Of a stretch of 64,000 bases of DNA, positions 1 through 9,961 are shown one piece after another. Position numbers and translations under genes: made by a program. The DNA comes from Mayamaea pseudoterrestris (taxonomy: Eukaryota), in assembly GCA_027923505.1 (NCBI GenBank), contig BROI01000001.1, positions 2,480,001-2,544,000 on the forward strand, read 5' to 3'. Under the pieces are notes generated by a model, which was not told the origin of the DNA, did no database searches, and saw only the letters and a list, made by a program, of their open reading frames with translations. Every line of letters starts with the position of its first letter. Position 1 is the first letter of the stretch.

Positions 1-41
1 AAGCAGCGAGCACACGAGACGTTATAAAAATGTCTTCTCAC

Positions 42-276
42 CTAGCGCCTTTGCAGTCGCCATTACCTGCGTCTGTCCTGGCGCAATGTTTTGCGTCTGC
101 ACCTCCCAGACTCGCACGCTGTTATCCCAGCTGGACGAGACCAAAATGTTCGCTGCAGGGCTCCATGAGAGCGAGGATGTCGCGTCCGTGCCAGCGTTCG
201 CCACGAGGTGGTCGTTGGGTCCAATGCCGCGCGCAGGACTTGCGGCGCTTCCAAAGGCAGTTCCAAATGTAGACAT
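42..276 (-). CDS. RAE1: mRNA export factor Rae1/Gle2 (WD40), first exon; gene continues beyond the window start
   Basis: Translation NDHLVANAGTDATSSLSWSPAANILVSSSWDNSVRVWEVQ resembles the Rae1/Bub3 first WD40 repeat with a Rae1-like FG N-terminus. GTGAGA donor at 41. Confidence 0.8.
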
Positions 277-526
277 AGAAACTTTTAAGTGAGAGTAAAG
301 AGTGAAGTGAATATGCTAAAGACGGCGCTGATAGCTTGAGAATGAGAGCAGCAGCGAGCAGCGAGGCGACTGCATTGTGGCGGAGCGGAGGCGTTCGTTT
401 CCACGGAGCGAAAACGTCTTCAAAACCGCTCCGACGCGTGGAGCTTGGAATTTCGACGCGATCCCATGCATCACGAATGTCAGTACTCTATCAAGCACAC
501 GTAGTTGACATCGAGACAAGTGCAGG

Positions 527-1291
527 ATGGATAAGAAAGGCGATGAACCATCGAAAGACAGAAAGGATGCAGTCAGAGAGGCGCGAAAGTTGTTCCCGGC
601 ACTGTTCTTTGGCTGGGACGACGGCAAACGAGATGACAAGGAACATGGTCAACCATCATCAGCTTCCAAGAGCACCGACGCGGAAGCGAAAAGTAGCGTT
701 TCCTCGACGGAAAGGAGAAACAAAACATTACAGAACAAGGAAAGTAAGCTGTCTGCAGAGGAAACGCATCAGAATCAACCAATGGCAGCCGCTGAGAAAG
801 CCTCAGAGCTCATTGCCAGTCTGATAACGAAGAAGAATGGAAAAGAACTTCGCGAATCGTGGTTCTTTACAGAAACTTACAAGCAAGCTCTTTGGCAGCG
901 AGATGCATACTTTATTGGGCCAGAGTATGCGAATTGGAGCAGACGTAGACGACAACGAGAGCAGAGCAGCGACACTAGATCCGTCAAGGCGTACCTCACG
1001 CTCATGCCGTATGACGATTCACTCGCCAGCCAGCAACTCGCCAAAATTGCAGCCGACTTTATCCCTACGGAAACTGTCAAGCAGGCGTTGCTTCCAATTG
1101 TTCTGGCTTTGCCCAAAGGTGCCTTGTATGGAACGACACAGACGGCTCTGGTCGATATCATTCGCTCGCAGCAAAGTACGCTTGATCAAGTGGTCAAAAA
1201 TTCTCTGATATACTTTCTTGATGATCCAACAAACAGGCAGAATATCAAGAATACGACAAAGGGATTCATCTCCCAATTTGACAAGGATTGA
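527..1291 (+). CDS. hypothetical protein (254 aa)
   Basis: Long ATG-initiated ORF filling the space between RAE1 and RPT5; no motif recognised. Confidence 0.6.
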   Translation: MDKKGDEPSKDRKDAVREARKLFPALFFGWDDGKRDDKEHGQPSSASKSTDAEAKSSVSSTERRNKTLQNKESKLSAEETHQNQPMAAAEKASELIASLITKKNGKELRESWFFTETYKQALWQRDAYFIGPEYANWSRRRRQREQSSDTRSVKAYLTLMPYDDSLASQQLAKIAADFIPTETVKQALLPIVLALPKGALYGTTQTALVDIIRSQQSTLDQVVKNSLIYFLDDPTNRQNIKNTTKGFISQFDKD

Positions 1292-1595
1292 TGCGATTGT
1301 AATGTGTCGGTGCTCTCCGATGAGGCTGCAACATGCAGTTCCTCATTGCTCTCGTCTGCGGGGTCACCAAGAAGGGTGTACTCTGGAGCTTGGGTATGAA
1401 GCCATTTGGCCCGGCAGGCCGAGGTACCTTACAACATACTACCGGAAGTACGGATATATGTTAAGCTACCACATTTATTTAGAATTTTGTTCGTTGTTCT
1501 ATAAGGCGAGAATCGATCGTCCATATGACATCCGTAAACGGTGAACAAAGGTGGCATAGAGTCATCTGGAATTGTAACGAGACGCAAGTATACAG

Positions 1596-3199
1596 CTAAG
1601 CAAAGTAATCCAGGCTTCCCTTCTTCTTGGCCGAAACAACAGTAATGGCTTCGACAAAGTCTTCGTGCATGATTTCTGTCATTTCGCGTCGCAGTGCCAA
1701 CATTCCAGCTTCAACGCAAACGGCTTTAAGTTGTGCACCGTTGAAGTCTTCGCAACCCCGCGATAACTCTTCAAATACAACCTCAGAGCTTACATGCATC
1801 TTGCGCGAGTGAATTCTAAGAATTTTGGTGCGTGCATCTTCGTTGGGATGCGGCAGTTCAATCTTTCGGTCCAATCGTCCAGATCGCAGCAGAGCTGGAT
1901 CCAAAACATCAGGTCGATTCGTCGCGGCAATAACCTTAATCATTTCGTTACTGGAAAAGCCGTCCAATTGACTCAGCAGTTCAAGCATTGTACGCTGGAC
2001 TTCGCGGTCGCCGCTCTGATCGCCTCCAAAGCGCTTTGTACCAATGGCGTCAATCTACAACAGAGAAACTGCATGAGAATTCATCTAGACATGACAAAAG
2101 CAGCGACACTGAGCACCGGTCAACTTACTTCATCGATAAAAATAATGGCTCCTGCGGACGACCCAGCCTTGATCTTGGCTTTGGCCAGCTCAAACGCATC
2201 GCGGATGAGCTTGGCTCCGTCGCCGATAAACATTTGTACTAGCTGCGGGCCAGCAAGCTTCAAAAAGACCGCATTCGTTTGATTCGCACAGGCTCGAGCC
2301 AATAGAGTCTTGCCAGTTCCCGGAGGTCCATGTAGAAGCACACCCTTGGGTGGACGAATGCCAATGGTATCAAACATGTCCTTGTGTGTCATGGGCAATA
2401 CCACGGCTTCAATAAGCTCTTGAATCTGCAAATCGCAGCCACCAATATCCGAATATTCCTCCGTTGGTCGCTCGTCAACTTCCATTGCTTGTACTCTAGA
2501 ATCAAACTCCTCCGGCAGCTTTTCCAGAATGAGATAGGAATCCTTGTTTGTTCCGACCAAGTCACTCGGTTTGAGTTCCTGTGGATCAACGAGGCCAGGA
2601 ATGGGAAGGAAAATGGTCTGCCGAGTACTTGTTCGCACTACAGCTGAACGGGTTTTGCGATTGGCGTCAACGTCCGTAACGTCAATATCTTCCTCTTCAA
2701 GTCCTGTGGATGAGGCGATAGATTTGCAAGGATTAAATCGTTTTATTTGTGGCGAGATCGTGATCGTACAAAAGAGCATGATGGCACACTGAAATTCCAG
2801 CATAACTTAAATCGTCTAACATAACAGCCACTCGCTACTCTCAGAGTCATGCTTACCATCTTCAGCATCTGGCTCAAGTATCTCAACCACATTTGCAACA
2901 AGATACGGCAATTGCTTGTTCAGCTTGACCTTTTCCTGATTCTCTCGAATCCGATCACGCTGACCGCGACTCTCATGCGTAATCCGCTGGACATCCGACT
3001 TCATGACCCGAATATCGCTATTCAATAGATGAATGCGCTGTCGCAGCTCGCTAATGCTCATGTGGCGCGTATCGTCATCGTCAAGCTGCTCCTCGTTTTC
3101 CTTGGTTTCCTCCATGACATCATCGGCCTCCTTTGACTCGCCGGCAGCTGCGCCAGCGTCGCCCCAAATGTCTTCGCCTTCGAGATCGTTGCTACTCAT
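1596..3199 (-). CDS. RPT5: 26S proteasome AAA-ATPase subunit 6A; exons 3199-2857, 2703-2129, 2054-1596
   Basis: [17 protein letters not shown], Walker [27 protein letters not shown], Walker B IIFIDE, C-terminal DYFA HbYX tail. GT-AG introns join the ORFs in frame. Confidence 0.97.
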
Positions 3200-3571
3200 G
3201 GTAAATTATAATCGACGGGCTAATAACTTGAATGGACGAATGCAAGAGTCGGTTGTGAAAGATGCAAGCGAGATGATCGATGCGCAAAGATGCTTGACGG
3301 CACCACCCGCAGTGGCACTCACGATAGTCGTAGCGGCAATCAACCCTGACCATCGTTCCTTTCCGCTCACAATTTCGCCATGATGCAGCGTCGTCGACCG
3401 CTTTGTTGCGTCCAAATGTTTCAGTGATGGGCAGTTTTTTAAACGGTGCATGATGAAGAAGCAATAAAGTCGTAACATTGCTGATTGCACAACAAAGTGA
3501 GTCTTCTGGTGGTTTCCGATTGCCTCCTCTTTCGCACCTCGTCGTCGCCACGCTTGCTTGCTTGCTGTTAA

Positions 3572-3704
3572 ATGATGGATATCTCCTCCAACTATCACGA
3601 CGGTCTTTTGAGCTGTTGCGCAATCGCATGGCCTCGTGTTCCAAAATGGAATGCGAACGTTATATGCAATTGTATCAACGTGATATTATTTAGGATGAAA
3701 CTGA
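3572..3704 (+). ncRNA. box C/D snoRNA, U35/snR73-type guide for LSU rRNA 2'-O-methylcytidine
   Basis: C box ATGATGG 3572-3578; guide TCACGACGGTCT 3595-3606, the exact complement of 28S 63715-63726; D' TTGA 3608-3611; D CTGA 3701-3704; flanking TTGCTT/AAGCAA stem. Confidence 0.8.
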
Positions 3705-3934
3705 AAAAAGAAGCAACATGCACTGTTTCTTGTGTTAATGGAATGCGGTGTTTGTAACAGATGTTGCTGACAACTTTTGACCCTTCTTTTTGGTAGATGA
3801 CATGATCTAAGCGCTACGTTTCGTCAACTTTGAGCATAGCCTACAGTCATCAACAATATAAAGGTACGTGAAAGGATATCGACGGAGCTCGTTTTGTAAC
3901 TTCAACAAGCAAGCGACTCTGGCAGAACCTTCAG

Positions 3935-4030
3935 ATGAAGAGTCATAACTCAATCGAGTATCCTACAATCTGACACCTCTAATGCTAGCTTCCATGCAAA
4001 TGGAATCGATGATCTGAAATGGATATCTGA
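3935..4030 (+). ncRNA. box C/D snoRNA (second intron)
   Basis: C ATGAAGA 3935-3941, D' CTGA 3970-3973, C' CGATGA 4007-4012, D CTGA 4027-4030. Closed by a 21-bp stem (3913-3933 / 4031-4051) whose only non-Watson-Crick pairs are G-U on the + strand. Internal TTCCAT-GCAA-ATGGAA hairpin. Confidence 0.8.
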
Positions 4031-4480
4031 TGAAGGTTCTGCTGGAGTTGCTGCTCGGGTTGATGCATGGTATATCAACTGTGTAACTCATCAATCGCTT
4101 TTTCGTTTCATGCAGGCTGATCATGTATAAACGATTCGGACTATTTTCAGATGGTCGCTGCTTCGGTTTGGCTTTTGGGTCAAAGCTTATTCGGTTGACG
4201 GCCGCTTTGGTTGTGCTTCGGTAAAGCAGCTTTCCTTGAAAATGTGGTCTCCGTCAACTGTCGATGCGAGAGCACGTTGCAGCGACTTATGTATACTACA
4301 TCCTTTACAATACCTACTATTATTATAATGATTGAACGAAAGTACTGGGAGTTAGTTTGATGCTACCTGGCTATGGCAATTCAGCATCAACGCTGTATTA
4401 GACATCGGGATTACAGCGAGGCGTATGGTACAGTTGAATTACCGGGCTTACGATAAACATGCTAGTTTTTAAGATACAGT

Positions 4481-5416
4481 TTATGCATTTCTCCTACGCG
4501 TCAATTGCATCATGGCGAATAGTAGATTACCAATAACCCATCCAAAGGTACTTCCAACAATCATGGGCACAGGCCAGCGTTGCCACTGCCACCCTCGGTC
4601 GTAGAGATTCAGTATTTGCATGACAATGGTCACTGCCAAGGTTGCATGAAACACCAGCGTTGAAGAATCAATAGTGACGAGCGCCGTTTGAAGCCAGTTG
4701 GAACGAAACCAATTTGTTGATGGTACAGCGCACTTGGTGCTGGCAAAGGATGTGCGTACCGAGTCGGGGAACGGAAAAGGTTCAAGCATAAAGGCCAAGG
4801 TCGTAAAGTATATTGCCGCGCATAGAGTATGAATCAAATTGACTGATAAAGATGCCCCTGAAAGTAGCATGATTGCGAAGACGTAGATTGAAAGTGTCAC
4901 CGATTCATAGCATGTGCGCAAGCCGTTTTGAAACAATGCGACCAAGACTGTCAAGACTGTATATACGACAAGGCGCTTGCATTCGTAAGGAATTGCAATA
5001 ATCTGCGTTGGATCGAGCTGTTGGGCGTGCTGTGTTTAGGTGCAAACAGGTTCAGCCGCCTTGCGAAACAGAGCAAGAGTGACGATGAGGAGACATAAGG
5101 GACGGCAACACGAGCGTACCATTCGAACCGAGTCACTTCCAAGAGGCCTTAGAAATCCAAAGTACAGCCAAGCAAGCATTATCGAACAGGAAAACGGTAT
5201 TTGTAAAAGTTGTCTCTTGGTTGGCTTGGTGGAATCTTTTTGATCAGCCATTGCCTTTTCCAAACGTCGCGTCGTTACGTCGATTTGCTGCTGCAAGCCG
5301 CTGATAATGTCGGCCGATGTTTGGTTGCCATTTGATGTATTTGGTCGCTTCATGTGCGAGATGTACCAGTGGTTTGCTTTCCGATGATTCTTTAAACGAG
5401 ACGGCTCGGATGCCAT
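4481..5416 (-). CDS. PIGF: GPI biosynthesis PIG-F/Gpi11 family protein; exons 5416-5120, 5029-4481
   Basis: C-terminal LYDRGWQWQRWPVP resembles the PIG-F LDWDRPWQxWP motif; multiple TM segments. A 90-nt GTACGC...CTAAACACAG intron removes the in-frame TAA. Start codon uncertain. Confidence 0.75.
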
Positions 5417-5475
5417 GGTGAAAAATGAGGTGAGGTCGACGCCAAAAACTTAGAAGTCGTACTGGTACTGGCATG

Positions 5476-5483
5476 TGACGTCA
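5476..5483. promoter_or_regulatory. CRE/bZIP palindrome TGACGTCA in the PIG-F/epsin divergent promoter
   Basis: Exact TGACGTCA in a ~290-bp divergent intergenic region. Confidence 0.4.
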
Positions 5484-5707
5484 TCAGCAAGGTTCTCAGC
5501 TGCGACCTCTGACTTGCATTGCGGCAACCTGAACCGCACGCAAAGGAGATTGGAAAGTCGCCGCATCGTCACCGTCCGCCGCCATTGCGCGACAAGACCC
5601 AACAAACCCATTGTCTCAAGATTCATTTGACCCTTGTCGAATTGCTATTGCTGCAATAAGCGAAAGAGCGCATTAGTTTATATTCTCGACTTTGCGCGTT
5701 TTGATCG

Positions 5708-7682
5708 ATGAATTTCTTGCAGGATCTTTCCATCGACAAGGTCCGCAACCTTGCGGAGGACGCGTAAGTGAATTCGACGGACATTGGCATACCTACGAAA
5801 TGCTTTCATATAGTAAAATTTGATAGAATATTCTCATTCGCATCTCCATTTTCCTCCGCTACATTTCAGTTTTAATCAAGCCAAACCAAAGACGGAAGTG
5901 GAAACCCGCGTCTACGAGGTGCTTTCGCACAAGAATTGGGGCGCCAGCACGAGTTTGTTGAACCAAGTCGCCAAGGACTCCTACGACTATGACAAGTACG
6001 CCGTCGTTTCCGAACTCATGTGGCAGAGCATGGAGAATCAGCGACCGGCGGCGTGGCGGGTCGTTTTCAAGGCGCTGAGTTTGTTGGAGCATTTGATCAA
6101 GAATGGATCGGAGCGCTGCGTGGATGATGCCAGGAACCATGGGCATTCGTTGCGAGCGTTGCAGCAGTTTAATTATTATGAAGGCACCATTGATAGAGGC
6201 CTTGGCGTCCGAGAAAAATCCAAGCAGCTAATCGAAATCTTGTCGGACGATGAGCGAGTACGCGAAGAGAGACAAAAGGCCAAGAAGCTACGAGAAAAGT
6301 TTGGGTCAAAGCTTGGAGGCGTCTCCGGAGGGGCGGGAGCTAGTAGCGGAGGATATGGAGGAAGCTCTGGTTGGGATAGTGGAACCTCGTCTGGCTACGG
6401 CGAGGGCGGCATCGGGTCGGAACGCAAGAATGGAGGAGGGAATCGCTTTGATGCTGATCCGAGGGGACCGTCTGGTGCCTACACGGGTAGGTACGATGAA
6501 GATCGTGGAGCACGGGCGAGCACCGCGGCGGAACCGACGTTTGCCGCCTTGCCTGACGAAAAACGCACAAAGAATAAGAGTAAAAAGGTTGCAGAGCCAG
6601 CTCGTGTCGCAGCTCCGGAGATTGATTTATTTGCCTTTGATGAAGCTGCAGCGCCGGCTCAGGCTCCTGCAGCATCTGTCCCAGCTGATGATTTTAGTGA
6701 CTTTCAAGGCTCATCAGCTTCTGGTATCGATCCATTTGCGGCGCCTGCACCTGTCCCAGTGCAGCAGAATGGCTTTGAAAACTTCTCGACGCAGCAGAGC
6801 AGTAGTGCTGCCCAATTCGACGCGTTTTCGCAACCTTCGCAGCAAAGCAATTCACAGCAACAGCAATTTGACGCCTTTGGAACCTCGGCCACAAGCGGAG
6901 GCATGCAGAACAACTTTAACACCATGGGCGGCGGTGGTATTGGTCAGTCTTCCATGGGCATGCAGTCAACAGCTGCAGTGACGCAGCAGGTGCATTCGAA
7001 CTTTGGTGGCGATGAAGACGATGACTTTGGTGACTTTTCTGCCGCCCAGACAAGCAAGCCTCCATCAGCTGCGGCAAAGAGCAATGATCCTTTTGGAAGC
7101 TTAATTTCGCTAGACGGCTTATCGCTGAATAGCAACAAGAAAAAGACGGAGGATAAGCTCAACGCGCCAGTCATTGCCAATGCCGCAGCGGCCACGTATA
7201 TACAGGAAAAGGAACACATTGAGCAAGCTGTCCAGCAGAGTAAGAAGGGCAATATGGCTAGTTTTGACGGGCTTGTTGACTTGCCAAAGCAAAACAATAT
7301 GGGCGGCTTGTCAATGAACTTTGGAATGAACATGAACTCGGCATCGTTTGGTATGAATCCAAGCGTCATGGGCTCTGGCGGTGGAGGCGATGCGATTGGA
7401 AGCATCTTTGACCCTTCCAATTTGCAACCGCAGCAGTCCCATCAGCAAATGGGTGGCATGCCGCAAGGATTTGGTGGCCAGCAAGCTAACGGCGGCAATA
7501 TGATGGCTGGTAATCCGATGATGGGTCAAATGAATCAGCAACAGCAAATGATGATGGCTCAAATGACACCGCAGCAGCAACAACAAATGATGCAGATGAT
7601 GCAGCAGCGGATGTTACAGCAGCAGCAGCAGTCAGGATTTGGAGGACAAGGCATGGGTAATTCAATGGGCGGTGGCTTCTAA
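5708..7682 (+). CDS. ENTH-domain clathrin adaptor (epsin-related); exons 5708-5763, 5881-7682
   Basis: ENTH signature WRVVFKALSLLEHLIKNGSE...GLGVREKSKQL; DLF/DPF/FGDF motifs; Met/Gln-rich tail. Confidence 0.92.
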
Positions 7683-7744
7683 TGCAGTATCTGGCTTATA
7701 AAAAGGCTTCTACATCAATATGACTACTACTCATTATAAGCAAA

Positions 7745-8935
7745 TCATCTGGGACCGGTAATTAAATCCGCACATTCCCTCGCGCAACCAACGTTTATTG
7801 TCCATCCAGATCCTCCATGGCCGTAGTTATGCACCACCTTGACGGCTGAATGCTTGTACGCTTCATCTACTTCAACTCGAACAGTCTGCCGATACGGCCG
7901 GAAGCCCACCCATTCTGATATCGGTTCACACTGTTCCGTATCAATTCCAAAATGCTCCGCGTTTCTCAACAACTGGCTTCGTTCCGAAGCTCGAATACCA
8001 GTCTCCGTATCGCCTTTGAGCATGCTACCACCAAGCACCAGCACATCTCCACGAGGAATCAAGTAGGCTGGCATGGTTGGCGTCGCCCATGGTTCCTCGT
8101 CCGTCAAAATGACGGCATCCTTGACATGATCGCCGTACGGACCAGCTAGCACGCTGGCTGTTCGGGTTGCAGACGTGCGGTCGTAGAGATGCACAATGCC
8201 GCGGCCACCTACTAAATCTTTGTCGTCGCGACACAATGTTGCCGCTCCAAGTCCGGTGCAATTCACCAAAGTATCGCAACCATGGTCACTTGCATCCTGC
8301 ACCATTTCATCGAGCGACTCGTACTCACGTTTCGTGTCAACGTGAACATCGGCAACATAGCTCAATTCATCCAGCATGTGCTGCAGCATGTGGGGTGCAT
8401 TCACCACGACGGTTTTAAACAGCCAGGCGTAGCTGTAACCAGCTTTTATCAGTTTTTCTTGGGGTGGAATGCGCAACCGAAAGGCCGAATTTTGCCAGGC
8501 CAGCATTTCCACCGTCAAGTGCTGAAACTCGAGTCGAACATCGCTGGCCCAGGATGGAAGTACTTCTTGTGTCGCTGCTTGCTGATGCTGCTGCTGATAT
8601 ATCTCATACTCTTGCAAGACTGGTTCACTGTGTTGACGCTTGAGAACGACTGCCATGAGTTGCTCGACGAGTGGTGTCTGCTTGTCATCGCTACATCCGT
8701 TTGCCGAAGCAACTGCCATGGGCCATAGTTCATCCAACGTTTCCAGCGCCCACTGGTGCGTGCGAACGTCGGGAGAGTGAACCGGCATCCACAGGCCGCC
8801 GGCTCCCATGCTGCACGTTGTTTCGTGGAGAGAATGGCGGGGGGCGCGCAACGTGACGCGCAGGTTTCGTTTCGCAAGTTCCAAGGCCGTGCGTAGGCCA
8901 ATGGCGCCGGCGCCAATGACCAACACGTTCGACAT
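7745..8935 (-). CDS. D-amino acid / D-aspartate oxidase (FAD)
   Basis: VIGAGAIG Rossmann motif, LVNCTGLGA, WVGFRPYR, VVHNYGHGGSGW. Confidence 0.92.
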   Translation of the reverse strand: MSNVLVIGAGAIGLRTALELAKRNLRVTLRAPRHSLHETTCSMGAGGLWMPVHSPDVRTHQWALETLDELWPMAVASANGCSDDKQTPLVEQLMAVVLKRQHSEPVLQEYEIYQQQHQQAATQEVLPSWASDVRLEFQHLTVEMLAWQNSAFRLRIPPQEKLIKAGYSYAWLFKTVVVNAPHMLQHMLDELSYVADVHVDTKREYESLDEMVQDASDHGCDTLVNCTGLGAATLCRDDKDLVGGRGIVHLYDRTSATRTASVLAGPYGDHVKDAVILTDEEPWATPTMPAYLIPRGDVLVLGGSMLKGDTETGIRASERSQLLRNAEHFGIDTEQCEPISEWVGFRPYRQTVRVEVDEAYKHSAVKVVHNYGHGGSGWTINVGCARECADLITGPR

Positions 8936-9431
8936 GATGCAACAAAATGGTAATGCAAATTGTGCAGTAGCTTAGTAGTACTGAGTAGTAGTGAGTATAC
9001 TAGGTAAAGGAAATGTCTACCAGAAAGTATGTTGTGATCACCATTTTCGAATGCAAACTGCACAAATCGCCAATGGACGTGGGCATTGATTGCCGTGACG
9101 TACCGGTACTGTCTGTTCATGGCCGGGGTTATGGTGCTGCCCCAGCTACTAGAGAAAAAGAAGTATACCCATGTATATATTATATGGTAAAATACTACTT
9201 TATACTTTGAATGCAAATTGGTATACGGTTCACAGCTTGCGCTAACGAACAGCAGCTCACTTGTACAGCTATAAAGCGTCACGGGCATCAACCGAACTTC
9301 ACGTGTGACTTTTTCTCCATTGGCATGCGACACCGTCAATGGGAACACATAGCTAGGGCGCAAACTGTAGTTACTGCTACTTGTATGCTGCCTCAACCAT
9401 AGCGGGTAACGCCTACATTGCCACATTGTAC

Positions 9432-9961
9432 CTAAACGGCTGACATGGCGTCCAGAAAGCTCAAGGTGTTGCTGCATTCCAGGTATTTTGCTTCATAGTC
9501 ATTCCGTGCAAAAACAATGACTTGCCGCATCTTGTCTCGTATCGCTTGGAGCTTTTCTGCATGTTCGAAAAGCAAGTTGTTCAGTGAGATATCATGCAAT
9601 CAGCGCCGCATGTTCCAACTGAGCCGACAATGAAAGCTTGAGGGCAAAAGACGGAGTCTCGGTAGCTTTGAAGGAGCCCAGTCACAGTCAACGTTACTTC
9701 GGGTTTCACTAAATTTAAATCCAGTAGGAGCATGGATGTACCTGCAAGCAAATCCGGCGTCCTTCGACGCATTTCACGTTGCGACGGACATCTGCACTTG
9801 CCTTCGAGCTCAGCACAAATTTGGGCAATGGATTTGTCAAAGTTCATTGCAATCATATCCGGCAGAAACTTCGAATTAGTATTGATGATATGGCCCATCA
9901 TGATAACGTTAAGGAGGTTCGGACGAGCCGACTCGACGTCGCGTTTACATTGTTTCTGCAC
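9432..9961 (-). pseudogene. decayed tandem paralog of the adjacent GT47 exostosin gene (3' half only)
   Basis: Collinear peptide blocks match the neighbour: VQKQCKRDVESARPN~VQKECVRDKDSHVRPN, SYRDSVFCP~AYRDTIFCP, GTCGADCMISH~GTCGPPCIIPH, DAMSAV*~DAMSAIL. Frameshift at ~9583, TAG at 9432-9434, internal deletion. Confidence 0.85.

Larger units (their letters stand above)
3400..4330 (+). ncRNA. putative non-coding snoRNA host gene; introns 3497-3796 and 3864-4115; transcript ends uncertain
   Basis: Donors GTGAGT (3497) and GTACGT (3864); pyrimidine-rich acceptors ...CTTCTTTTTGGTAG (3796) and ...TTTTTCGTTTCATGCAG (4115). The 67-nt middle exon has stops in all three frames, and each intron carries C/D boxes. 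Confidence 0.65.

Noticed and set aside
3445..3490. GTGCA-TGATGA...CTGA-TTGCAC mini hairpin (C/D- or SECIS-like) containing AAGTCGTAACA, identical to the 18S 3' end
   Set aside because: Too short for a snoRNA, helix too short for a SECIS, not in a selenoprotein 3' UTR, and the rRNA match is sense rather than antisense.
3192..3644. 150-aa and 130-aa minus-strand ORFs upstream of RPT5
   Set aside because: No recognisable protein; they overlap the promoter and the antisense strand of the snoRNA.
4335..4455. GAAAGT...GGGCTTAC resembling RNase MRP P4 elements
   Set aside because: Spacing too short, pairing imperfect and other conserved regions not found.
5030..5119. In-frame TAA between two PIG-F ORFs suggesting readthrough
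   Set aside because: Explained by a canonical 90-nt phase-0 intron.
8515..9477. 320-aa minus-strand ORF
   Set aside because: Out-of-frame overlap with the oxidase gene and the pseudogene tail; composition not protein-like.
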